This document shows positions 9,236 through 17,493 of a stretch of 32,000 nt of DNA, piece by piece. The position numbers were made by a program, and so were the translations under genes. The DNA comes from Pseudanabaena phage Pam3: the sequence record ON014755.1. One strand, written 5' to 3'. A model generated the notes under the pieces. It made no database searches, was not told the DNA's origin, and saw nothing but the letters and a program-made list of their open reading frames with translations. Each line of letters begins with the position of its first letter. Within the stretch, counting starts at the first letter, position 1.

Positions 9236-9793
9236 ATGACCGGATATGAACAGCTCGCCCAAGTGTCCCTCGGGGACAACATCCTCGCTCAGATCGCTCA
9301 GACCGCTCGCGACATCCTCGCCGCCCGGCGTGAAGTCGAAGACGCTGAGGAGGCCCTGCGGGTCGCGAACCTTCGGCTGAAGACGCTGGAGGAGGAGACG
9401 CTGGTGGAGCTGATGCGCGATGCCGGCCAGGAAAAGCTCACCACCATCGACGGTGTGGACATCGCGGTCAAAGAGATCGTTCGCGGTCAGCCCAGTCAGG
9501 AGAACCAGCCGGCCGCGTTCCGCTGGCTGCGCGACGGCGGCAACGGCGGCATCATCAAGACGCAGATCGTGGCCGAGCTGGGGAAGGCTCCGCCGGAGAA
9601 GATCAACGCAGCACTCAAGGCTCTGAATGAGCTCGGCATCCCTACCGCCTCCGCCAAGGAGAGCGTCGCCTGGCAGACGCTCGGGGCTCTGGTTCGGGAG
9701 AAGCTGGCGAAGGGCGAGCAGCTGCCTCTCGACATCCTTGGCGTTCACATCACGAAGAAGGCTGACGTGAAGCCGCCCAAGAACAAGGGTTGA
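9236..9793 (+). CDS. Hypothetical coiled-coil protein of replication module
   Basis: 185 aa; RBS GGGAGAAC before ATG 9236; 'LEEETLVELMRDAGQEKLTTIDGVDIAVKEIVRG'. Confidence 0.6.
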   Translation: MTGYEQLAQVSLGDNILAQIAQTARDILAARREVEDAEEALRVANLRLKTLEEETLVELMRDAGQEKLTTIDGVDIAVKEIVRGQPSQENQPAAFRWLRDGGNGGIIKTQIVAELGKAPPEKINAALKALNELGIPTASAKESVAWQTLGALVREKLAKGEQLPLDILGVHITKKADVKPPKNKG

Positions 9794-9894
9794 ACCGATC
9801 CCGTCACCTGGGTCAGTGGTGAGAGGTCCGTCTGCATGACGGGTAGGGCGAGCGCCGGTGCCCTGAAACCGCCGCAACTCGAAAGGAATGCCTC

Positions 9895-10737
9895 ATGGCA
9901 CCCAAGTCCAATGCAGTGACGACCAAGGAGCAGGCGCAGCTCCCCGCCGGAGCCGGCGACTACAGCGCATATGAAGCCTATGCCGGCCAGGGCCTGGAGG
10001 ACATCTCCTCCGAAGACAAGGGCCTTCCGTTTTTCGAGGTTCTGCAGCCGCTCTCGCCGGAAGTCGAGGACATCGAAGGCGCGCAGGCCGGTATGATCAT
10101 CAACAAGGCAACGAAGGAGCTGCACACCAGCATCCGCTTCGTCCCGGCCTGTCGGCAGCACGTCTACACCGAGTGGGTGCCGCGCGACAATGGCGGCGGT
10201 CTGGTCGCGACCTATCAGCTCACCGATCCCATCGTCCAGGCGGCGCGCGCCAAGCAGCGCGTCGGCAAGCACGAGCTGCCGAACGGCAACGAGCTGATCG
10301 AGACGTTCTATCTGTACGGCATGGTGCTGGACGAGAACGACAACCCGATGCCGGCCGTGATCGCCTTCAGCTCCACGAAGATCGCCGCCTACAAGACGCT
10401 GACGACCCGCGCCGACAGCCTGATGTTCCGGGCCGGCGATGGCCGCAAGCTGAAGTTCCCCTGGTTCGCTCACGTCTGGCGGCTCGGGACGGAGAAGAAG
10501 AAGAAGGACAAGTACACCTGGTACACCTGGTCCGTCGCCTTCGACGGCGAGAACGACAAGGCGGAGGAGGCCCGTCTGCCGGCCGATCATCCGGCCGTGT
10601 CGCAGGGCTCGGACATCGTCGCGTCGATGAACCGTGGCGATCTGAAGGTGAACACGGAGGGCCTGCGCAACGACGGCGCGGCGGCGGAGCGCGGCTCCGG
10701 CGGCGGCGCGGTCGCGGAGGATGACCCGCCGTTCTGA
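9895..10737 (+). CDS. Putative ssDNA-binding/recombination accessory protein (hypothetical)
   Basis: 280 aa ending '...GGGAVAEDDPPF', resembling the acidic SSB C-terminal tip (DDDIPF); neighbours are helicases. Fold not identified. Confidence 0.5.
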   Translation: MAPKSNAVTTKEQAQLPAGAGDYSAYEAYAGQGLEDISSEDKGLPFFEVLQPLSPEVEDIEGAQAGMIINKATKELHTSIRFVPACRQHVYTEWVPRDNGGGLVATYQLTDPIVQAARAKQRVGKHELPNGNELIETFYLYGMVLDENDNPMPAVIAFSSTKIAAYKTLTTRADSLMFRAGDGRKLKFPWFAHVWRLGTEKKKKDKYTWYTWSVAFDGENDKAEEARLPADHPAVSQGSDIVASMNRGDLKVNTEGLRNDGAAAERGSGGGAVAEDDPPF

Positions 10738-10738
10738 T

Positions 10739-10756
10739 CCTCGGGGACGCCCGAGG
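10739..10756 (+). terminator. Terminator-like hairpin CCTCGGG-gacg-CCCGAGG directly after stop codon
   Basis: Perfect 7-bp stem 10739-10745/10750-10756; no U-tract. Confidence 0.35.
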
Positions 10757-10951
10757 CGCCGGAGGTCCGGCCGTCTGCTGAAGGTTGACCGGCATCAGCG
10801 GAGAAGACGGCGAGTTGTGAGCGAACGGGCTGAGGTTCGGGGAGCGGCGCAAGCCATCTATGATCCGAACCACCAGCGTTGAAATACGCAGTCCCGGGAT
10901 GGGCGCACATCCAGACCCGGGGCACCCCTTCTCAAGAAATGGAGCATCAAC

Positions 10952-11344
10952 ATGAAACTGGTTCAGATCAATACCGCTCGCGAGCTGAAGCTTCCCGGCA
11001 CCTCAGTCGAGTTCGTCACTGAAGGAAGCGCGCTCAAGGAGGTCATCCTTCGACCCGAGGGTGAGGAGGAGAGCTACAGCATCAAGCCGGCGGACACCTA
11101 CAGCGGCAACATCCGCGTCTTCATCCGCCGGGAATACGAGGTGGTGGACAAGTGGCGTCTCACCGGGACGCTCTGCGGCTTCCCGATCAGCAAGGACTTC
11201 GACAGCGAGCCGGAGGCGAAGAAGGAGCTGGACAAGGTCAGCGTGGACATCGAAGGAGCGAAGATCGCTCCGGTCAAGGTCCGCGTGGACGAGGCCGGCG
11301 AGCCGGTGAAGCCCCAGCCCCATCTCGATGACATTCCGTTCTGA
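10952..11344 (+). CDS. Hypothetical protein with SSB-like C-terminal tip
   Basis: 130 aa ending '...PQPHLDDIPF'; leader motif AAGAAATGGAGCA upstream. Confidence 0.55.
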   Translation: MKLVQINTARELKLPGTSVEFVTEGSALKEVILRPEGEEESYSIKPADTYSGNIRVFIRREYEVVDKWRLTGTLCGFPISKDFDSEPEAKKELDKVSVDIEGAKIAPVKVRVDEAGEPVKPQPHLDDIPF

Positions 11345-11353
11345 GGCTGGACA

Positions 11354-12619
11354 ATGACCAACTGGAGCCCCCAGCAGGACCGCGCGCTCATGGAAGTCAG
11401 CCGGTGGCTCCAGAGCCCCGGCGATCAACAACTGTTCCGGCTGTTCGGATACGCCGGGACCGGCAAGACGACGCTCGCCAAGCATCTCGCTCAGGACGTG
11501 GACGGCACCGTGCTGTTCGCCGCCTATACCGGGAAGGCGGCGAGCGTCCTGCGCAACTCGGGCGCTTTGGGCGCTCAGACCCTGCACAGCCTGATCTACA
11601 ACCCGAAGGGGAAGTCCCAGGAACGCCTCGGGGAGCTGAAGCAGGAGCTGGTGGAAGTCCAGCACATGATCCAAGAGGATCGGATGGAGAGCGGAGCCGC
11701 GAACGATCCCGATTGGGAACCGAACCGCGCTCTGGCCGACCGGGAGCAGCGCCTGAAGGGCGAGATCAGGATGGAGGAGAAGAATGTCCAGCGCCCGGAC
11801 TTCTCTCTGAACCTGGACAGCTCGCTCCGTCATGCAGCGCTGCTGGTCGTGGACGAGTGCTCCATGGTCGATGAAGAAATGGCCCAGGACATCCTCAGCT
11901 TCAAGGTTCCTGTCCTGGTCCTGGGCGATCCGGCCCAGCTCCCGCCGGTGAACGGGGCCGGCTACTTCACCGACGCGAAGCCAGACGTGATGCTGACCGA
12001 AATTCACCGCCAGGCGAAGGATAACCCGATTGTGGCTCTCGCCACTCGGGTGCGCAACGGTGAGCGTCTCGACCACGGGACATACGGAGACTCAGCCGTC
12101 ATCCATCGCGCCACCCCGGAGCTGGCCCTAGCTGCGGATCAGCTCCTGGTCGGGAAGAACACGACCCGGGCGGCGACCAACCGTCGCGTTCGGGAGCTTC
12201 GCGGCTACGACTCATCCCACTGGCCTCGGGAAGGGGAGAAGCTGGTCTGTCTGCGCAACGACCGGGAGCTTGGGCTGCTCAACGGTACTCTCCACGTCGC
12301 GACTCAGGACGCGGAGGAGCTGGGCGGCTACGTGAGCCTTCACTGTCGCCCCGAGGAAGGCGGTGAGCCAGTCTGCGTCCCGGCTCACTGCGAGCACTTC
12401 CACGGCGATCCTGAGCAGATCGGCTACTGGGACCGATTGAACGCCCAGGAGTTCACTTATGGCTACGCTCTCACGGTCCACAAGTCGCAGGGCTCGCAGT
12501 GGGGCCGGATTATGATCATTGACGAGAGCAGCGTCTTCCGTCAGCGGGACACCCGGCAGAAGTGGCTGTACACGGCGATCACCCGAGCCCAGGAAGCGGT
12601 TACGGTGGTGCGGGGATGA
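11354..12619 (+). CDS. RecD/Dda-like ATP-dependent DNA helicase
   Basis: 'LFGYAGTGKTTLAKHLAQ' Walker A, 'LLVVDECSMVDEEMA' Walker B, 'VLGDPAQLPPVNGAGYF', 'YGYALTVHKSQGSQWGRIMIIDES', 'WLYTAITRAQEAV'. Confidence 0.92.
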   Translation: MTNWSPQQDRALMEVSRWLQSPGDQQLFRLFGYAGTGKTTLAKHLAQDVDGTVLFAAYTGKAASVLRNSGALGAQTLHSLIYNPKGKSQERLGELKQELVEVQHMIQEDRMESGAANDPDWEPNRALADREQRLKGEIRMEEKNVQRPDFSLNLDSSLRHAALLVVDECSMVDEEMAQDILSFKVPVLVLGDPAQLPPVNGAGYFTDAKPDVMLTEIHRQAKDNPIVALATRVRNGERLDHGTYGDSAVIHRATPELALAADQLLVGKNTTRAATNRRVRELRGYDSSHWPREGEKLVCLRNDRELGLLNGTLHVATQDAEELGGYVSLHCRPEEGGEPVCVPAHCEHFHGDPEQIGYWDRLNAQEFTYGYALTVHKSQGSQWGRIMIIDESSVFRQRDTRQKWLYTAITRAQEAVTVVRG

Positions 12620-12870
12620 GGGCCGGAGAGGCTATCGACCTCGCTCTCAGGTCAGCGGGTCGAGCAATCGGCCCGCTGACTTTCATGTATGTGAAGGAGC
12701 GCGTCTCGCGCTCGATGTTAGAACAGGCCGCTGCGGACCTGGAGGCTGCGGCTGCAGCCATCCGATCCGCTTTGCCGCCGGCCCCACGGCCCGAGTATTC
12801 TGAAAGCTCCCCGGGAGAGGATCAACATGACAAGGACGAAACGAATGGGACCGCAGACGCGTGTGGGTGA
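12616..12870 (+). CDS. Hypothetical protein
   Basis: 84 aa; ATGA overlap with helicase stop; overlaps the next gene by 44 nt. Confidence 0.4.
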   Translation: MRAGEAIDLALRSAGRAIGPLTFMYVKERVSRSMLEQAAADLEAAAAAIRSALPPAPRPEYSESSPGEDQHDKDETNGTADACG

Positions 12871-14587
12871 TTACTTCCACGCCATGAAGTACCGTGGCGA
12901 GGGTGAAGACTTCCGGGAGGCCGTGAACCGTGTCGCCTCCGCTCTGAAGGACGATGACCAGCACTTCCACGCCTTTCGCGAGATCATGGGCGACATGCGC
13001 TTCATGCCGGCGGGGCGCATCCAGAGCGCCATGGGCGCGACCCGGGCCACGACGCCGTACAACTGCTATGTCTCGGGGACGATCCAGGACAGCTTCGTCC
13101 ACGGCGACGGCAACATCATGCAGCGCGCGATGGAAGCGGCGGCGACGATGCGGATGGGCGGCGGGATCGGCTATGATTTCAGCACGCTCCGGCCGAAGGG
13201 CGCTCTGATCCGCAAGCTGCAGTCGCACTCCTCCGGTCCCGTCGCGTTCATGGACATCTTCAACGCGGTCTGCAAGTGTGTCGCTTCCTCGGGCCATCGG
13301 CGCGGCGCTCAGATGGGCGTGCTGCGGGTTGATCACCCGGACATCGAAGAATTTATTCACGCCAAGCAGAACACGTCGGCTCTGACCGGCTTCAACATCT
13401 CCATCGCGATCACCGACGAGTTCATGCGCGCCGTCAAGGCCGGCGGCGACTTCGACCTGCAATGGGGCGGCGAGGTCTACAAGACGGTGAACGCCCCGGC
13501 GCTCTGGGAAGCGATCATGCGCTCCACCTGGGACTGGGCGGAGCCGGGCGTGCTCTTCATCGACACGATCAACCGCATGAACAATCTCGGCTACTGCGAG
13601 ACCATCGCCGCGACCAATCCCTGCGGCGAGCAGCCGCTTCCGCCGTTCGGGGCCTGCCTCCTGGGCTCCTTCAACCTCGCCAAGTACATTCGGCCGAAGA
13701 CGACGCTCGCCGTGGCCGAGGCCCGCTGGGAGTTCGATTGGGACCAGCTCCGCCGGGACATTCCTCATGTCGTGCGCGCTATGGACAACGTGGTGGACCG
13801 CGCCCGCTATCCTCTTCCTGAGCAGGAGCACGAGGCGAAGTCGAAGCGCCGGATGGGCCTCGGCGTCACCGGCCTCGCGAACGCGGCGGAGGCTCTGGGC
13901 TTCCCCTACGGCTCGCAGCCCTTCCTGGAGTTCCAGGAACAGGTGCTGGAGCTGATCGCGGTCGAGAGCTACCGCGCGAGCGCGGAACTGGCCCGGGAGA
14001 AAGGGCCATTTCCGATGTTCCACGGCCCGGCCTATCTCGAAAGCGAGTTCATCCAGAAGCTTCCGGCGGACGTTCGCGAGCTGATCGCCCGCTGGGGCAT
14101 CCGAAACTCTCACCTCACCAGCATCGCGCCGACGGGGACGATCAGCCTGTGCGCTGACAACGTCAGCTCGGGGATCGAACCCGTGTTCGACTATGTCACG
14201 GAGCGCCCGGTCAACACGCCGGCCGGCGTGGAGCTGGTCACCATCGAAGACTACGGCGTCGCCAACTTCGGCGTGAAGGGTCGGCGGGCCTCGGAAGTAA
14301 CGGCCCAGGAACACGTCGCGGTTCTCGCGTCGGCGCAGAAGTGGGTGGACAGCTCCGTCTCCAAGACCTGCAACATGGACGGCTCGATGCCCTGGGAGGA
14401 CTTCAAGAGCCTCTACATGACCGCCTGGGAGACCGGCGCGAAGGGCTGCACCACCTTCAACATCGACGGGAAGCGGATGGCCCTGCTCACCGGCAAGACG
14501 AAGACGGAGCCGAAGGAGGACGACGGCCCGATGGTCGAGACCTCCTGCCAGATCGACCCGGTGACCGGCCGGAAGGAGTGCGCCTGA
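12827..14587 (+). CDS. nrdJ: Adenosylcobalamin-dependent (class II) ribonucleoside reductase
   Basis: 'DMRFMPAGRIQSAMGATRATTPYNCYVSG', 'GGGIGYDFSTLRP', 'NPCGEQPLPPFGACLLGSFNLAKYI', 'APTGTISLCADNVSSGIEPVF', C-terminal 'CQIDPVTGRKECA' cysteine pair. No beta subunit in window. Confidence 0.88.
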   Translation: MTRTKRMGPQTRVGDYFHAMKYRGEGEDFREAVNRVASALKDDDQHFHAFREIMGDMRFMPAGRIQSAMGATRATTPYNCYVSGTIQDSFVHGDGNIMQRAMEAAATMRMGGGIGYDFSTLRPKGALIRKLQSHSSGPVAFMDIFNAVCKCVASSGHRRGAQMGVLRVDHPDIEEFIHAKQNTSALTGFNISIAITDEFMRAVKAGGDFDLQWGGEVYKTVNAPALWEAIMRSTWDWAEPGVLFIDTINRMNNLGYCETIAATNPCGEQPLPPFGACLLGSFNLAKYIRPKTTLAVAEARWEFDWDQLRRDIPHVVRAMDNVVDRARYPLPEQEHEAKSKRRMGLGVTGLANAAEALGFPYGSQPFLEFQEQVLELIAVESYRASAELAREKGPFPMFHGPAYLESEFIQKLPADVRELIARWGIRNSHLTSIAPTGTISLCADNVSSGIEPVFDYVTERPVNTPAGVELVTIEDYGVANFGVKGRRASEVTAQEHVAVLASAQKWVDSSVSKTCNMDGSMPWEDFKSLYMTAWETGAKGCTTFNIDGKRMALLTGKTKTEPKEDDGPMVETSCQIDPVTGRKECA

Positions 14588-14627
14588 ACAATTTTCGGCC
14601 CGGGGCGAAATAGTTGCTCCGGGCCAC

Positions 14628-14655
14628 TTGACTTATCCCCGGGGAGGTTTATATT
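14628..14655 (+). promoter_or_regulatory. Sigma70-like promoter TTGACT-N16-TATATT
   Basis: -35 TTGACT 14628-14633; -10 TATATT 14650-14655; in the 112-bp gap after nrdJ. Confidence 0.5.
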
Positions 14656-14699
14656 GTAGTTATCCCCGGTGAGACGGGGCTGAGAAATGGAGCACCCCG

Positions 14700-15800
14700 A
14701 TGGCTACCTGGACCTTTGAAGACAGCGAGAGCGCCTATGGCGCCTGCCAGTGCCGCGACGATATCAAGAACGGCGACACCCTCATCATCGAAAGCGAACA
14801 GGTTGTCGGTCTCGCCGGAACCTGGCCGGTCGCCGTGACCCTTTCTCGGGTTCACAACGGTCTCCATACCGTCAACGCAGACTACGCTGCCGAGCACGGC
14901 ATCGAAGACGCTACGCAGTCCACCAAGGAACAGATCGCCGCCGCAGTCGAAGCCGCCCAGGCGCGCGGTTGGGCCGTCGATCCCATCTTCATCCAGCAGG
15001 AGAAAGTCATGACCAACGCCGTCGCCAACGTTCTTGCCATCGAGCCCGAGACCAACGAGTTTTATTTCATCACAGAAGCCGCCGTGGATCACGTCCATCA
15101 GGGCGTCGTCATCGTCCGGGTCGCGGAAGACCTCCAGGCCCTCTCCGGCCCGCAGGCCGTCGCCTTCTACAACCGCATCATCACGGAGCACCAGGCTCCG
15201 GTCAAGCGGTTCAGCGACAAGACCGCCGCCGCCCAGCGCCTCTGGGTTGCGTTCCAGGACTACAAGCGCCGCGCCGATTTCGAGGCGGCGGAGAGGGCGG
15301 CGAGCGCCGGCGAGCCGGTCTACTCTCAGGAGGAGCTGAACTCCAAGACCATCGAGCAGCAGAAGGCGGAGGACGCGGCTCTGGCCAAGGCCAACAAGGC
15401 CCGCGACCGCGCCAAGCCGGCGAACATCAAGGACGTTCCGGCTCCGGCTCCGAAGGCTCCCCGCCGTTCGGGCGGCGTCAATCTCGCCCCGATGAAGAAG
15501 GTGTACGCCTGCCGGGCCGGGACGAAGCAGGCCAAGCTGATCGACCTCCTGAGCCGGCCGCAGGGCGCGACCTTCAAGGAGCTTCACGCGGCGATGACCT
15601 CGCCCGAGTTCGATCACCTGAAGCCCTGGGCGGAGGTCACCACCCGCTCGGCTCTCGGCTGGGACGTTCACCACGTCAAGGGCTACGGCATCCGCACCAC
15701 GAAGCGCGAGAACGGTGAAGACTGCTACCGGCTGACCTACCCGGCCGGCATGAACGCCCCGCTCCCGCACCAGCCCCGGAAGACGAAGGCCCAGGGTTGA
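14700..15800 (+). CDS. Hypothetical protein, C-terminal DUF3489/HTH-like region
   Basis: 366 aa, C-terminal 'GTKQAKLIDLLSRPQGATFKELHAAM..GWDVHHVKGYGIRTTKR'; RBS motif GAGAAATGGAGCA. Confidence 0.65.
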   Translation: MATWTFEDSESAYGACQCRDDIKNGDTLIIESEQVVGLAGTWPVAVTLSRVHNGLHTVNADYAAEHGIEDATQSTKEQIAAAVEAAQARGWAVDPIFIQQEKVMTNAVANVLAIEPETNEFYFITEAAVDHVHQGVVIVRVAEDLQALSGPQAVAFYNRIITEHQAPVKRFSDKTAAAQRLWVAFQDYKRRADFEAAERAASAGEPVYSQEELNSKTIEQQKAEDAALAKANKARDRAKPANIKDVPAPAPKAPRRSGGVNLAPMKKVYACRAGTKQAKLIDLLSRPQGATFKELHAAMTSPEFDHLKPWAEVTTRSALGWDVHHVKGYGIRTTKRENGEDCYRLTYPAGMNAPLPHQPRKTKAQG

Positions 15801-15809
15801 TCCCTGGGC
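15789..15809 (+). terminator. Hairpin GCCCAGGG-ttgat-CCCTGGGC spanning the stop codon
   Basis: Perfect 8-bp stem, loop contains the TGA stop of the 366-aa gene. Confidence 0.4.
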
Positions 15810-15838
15810 TACCCCTCCCCGAGAAATGGAGCAAGACC

Positions 15839-16465
15839 ATGGCCAAGATGACCCAGACCACTCCCTACAGCGCCCGCCCCGAGCGCGAGCGCGCTGAGGA
15901 GGCCCGCTGCTTCCGGGAGGTTCTGACCGGAGCCTCCGTCCGTGAAATGATCTATGAAGCCTTCGGCGGGATCGGGATGACCGCCGCTCTCATGCAGGAG
16001 CTTTTCCCGGGAGCTTACGTCGTCTCGGCGGAGCTGGACGCGGAGTGCGTTCGCCAGTATCGCCTGGGCGTCGATACGTCTCGCGCGTCGATCCACCACG
16101 GCGACACGCTCGGCATCCTTTCGAGGGTGTTCGAGCGTCCTGACCAATTCTGTATGGACGCGGCGTCGCTCGATTACAACCGCTGCACGCTCCTGGACCT
16201 GCAAAACCCGAAGTCGTTCCAGGCCAACCTCATCCGGCGGGTCGCGGACCTGGGCCCCACGTGGATCCAGTACACGGACAGCTCCATCGGGAAGCTCCAC
16301 CTGAACTGGCGGAGCTACGGTCTGGCCTGTTATGATGATCGCCCGAGCGCCTGGGTGGCGTACAACCTCAATCTGAATCGTTGGTTCAAGACCAACATCG
16401 GATACAAGATCGTCGCCCAGGCCCGCCACAGCGCGGCGTCCTACTACCGGCTGGAGCGCGTCTGA
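15839..16465 (+). CDS. SAM-dependent methyltransferase-like protein
   Basis: 208 aa, 'IYEAFGGIGMTAALMQELFPGAYVVSAELDAECVRQYR' resembles Rossmann motif I and II of MTases; start at ATG 15839 after the leader motif. Confidence 0.45.
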   Translation: MAKMTQTTPYSARPERERAEEARCFREVLTGASVREMIYEAFGGIGMTAALMQELFPGAYVVSAELDAECVRQYRLGVDTSRASIHHGDTLGILSRVFERPDQFCMDAASLDYNRCTLLDLQNPKSFQANLIRRVADLGPTWIQYTDSSIGKLHLNWRSYGLACYDDRPSAWVAYNLNLNRWFKTNIGYKIVAQARHSAASYYRLERV

Positions 16466-17493
16466 TGAGCGAGCTTGGAGAAGAAGCCCAGAAGGTTGTC
16501 GAGCGCGTCCAGAAGCTGCTGACGCTCGCCGCCAACAACCAGAACGCGGAGGAAGCTGCGTCGGCAACTGCCAAGGCTCAGGAGCTTCTGGCTGCGTACA
16601 ATCTCGATATGGCCGCCGTGGAGGAGGCGTCCGGGAAGCGATCCGGGAAGCGCGAAGACGCCAAGCTGAAGGGCGGCATGTACGAGTTCCAGCGCGACCT
16701 CTGGCGTGCCGTCGCTGACCTCAACTTCTGCCTCTACTGGACACAGAAGACCGGCGGCTGGGTCCAGAAGCGCAAGCGCGACGCTTGGACAGGCGAGCTT
16801 CGTGAACAGGAGGTCTGGCAGAGCTGGTACCAGCACCGGATCGTCGGGCGCATCGTCAACACAGCCGCCACGCGGACCATGGCCGAGTATCTGGAACAGG
16901 CCATTGAGCGTCTGCTCCGGGAGCGTCTGGGCGATCAACCGGGCGCCAACAAGGCGTATGTCACGAAGATGCTCTTCAGCCGCTGGGCCGTCTCCTTCCG
17001 CGAAGGCGCGGCGGCATCGGTCATCGAGAAGGTCTATGAGCGGCGGAGGCATCTTCTGAACGAGGAAACCCGCAAGCGTCACGAGGCTGAGAAGCGCGCT
17101 CGGGAAGCCGGCCGGGACGGCGTGTCCACTGCGACGGCTTTGACGCTTCATACCTACATCGACCAGGAGACCGATGCCAACATGGACTTCCTCTATGGCG
17201 AGGGCTGGAGCGCGAAGCAGGCACTGGCCCGGGCGGAGCGGGCGCGTAAGCAGAAGGAGGCTGACGACGCTTACACTGCCTGGGCGCTCGCCAATCCCGA
17301 GGAAGCCGCCAAGGAGGAGGCCAAGCGCAAGGAGGAGGAGCGGAAGCGGTCCAATCGTCGCTCGCGATCCTTCTCCAGCGGCAAGCAGTATGACGCCAGC
17401 GCCTATTACAGCGGCGTGGATGCCGGGAAGAAGATCAGCCTGGATCAGCAGACGGGTACCAATAAGCCGACGGGGAGACTGACCCATGGATGA
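16465..17493 (+). CDS. DUF2786 domain protein
   Basis: 'VVERVQKLLTLAANNQNAEEAASATAKAQELLAAYNLD' is characteristic of DUF2786; ATGA overlap. Confidence 0.7.
   Translation: MSELGEEAQKVVERVQKLLTLAANNQNAEEAASATAKAQELLAAYNLDMAAVEEASGKRSGKREDAKLKGGMYEFQRDLWRAVADLNFCLYWTQKTGGWVQKRKRDAWTGELREQEVWQSWYQHRIVGRIVNTAATRTMAEYLEQAIERLLRERLGDQPGANKAYVTKMLFSRWAVSFREGAAASVIEKVYERRRHLLNEETRKRHEAEKRAREAGRDGVSTATALTLHTYIDQETDANMDFLYGEGWSAKQALARAERARKQKEADDAYTAWALANPEEAAKEEAKRKEEERKRSNRRSRSFSSGKQYDASAYYSGVDAGKKISLDQQTGTNKPTGRLTHG

Noticed and set aside
9420-10724. Overlapping alternative-frame ORFs (9420..9626, 10173..10724, 9745..10590 minus)
   Set aside because: Arg-rich shadow frames within well-packed + strand genes.
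12683-14314. 543-aa antisense ORF opposite nrdJ
   Set aside because: High-GC shadow ORF; the + strand has unambiguous RNR motifs and the minus-strand product has Arg/His/Val-rich low-complexity composition and no recognisable domain.
14586-14615. Imperfect hairpin AACAATTTTCG-gcccgggg-CGAAATAGTT after nrdJ as terminator
   Set aside because: Contains a bulge and mismatch and lacks a clear U-tract; possible but not strong enough to list as a feature.
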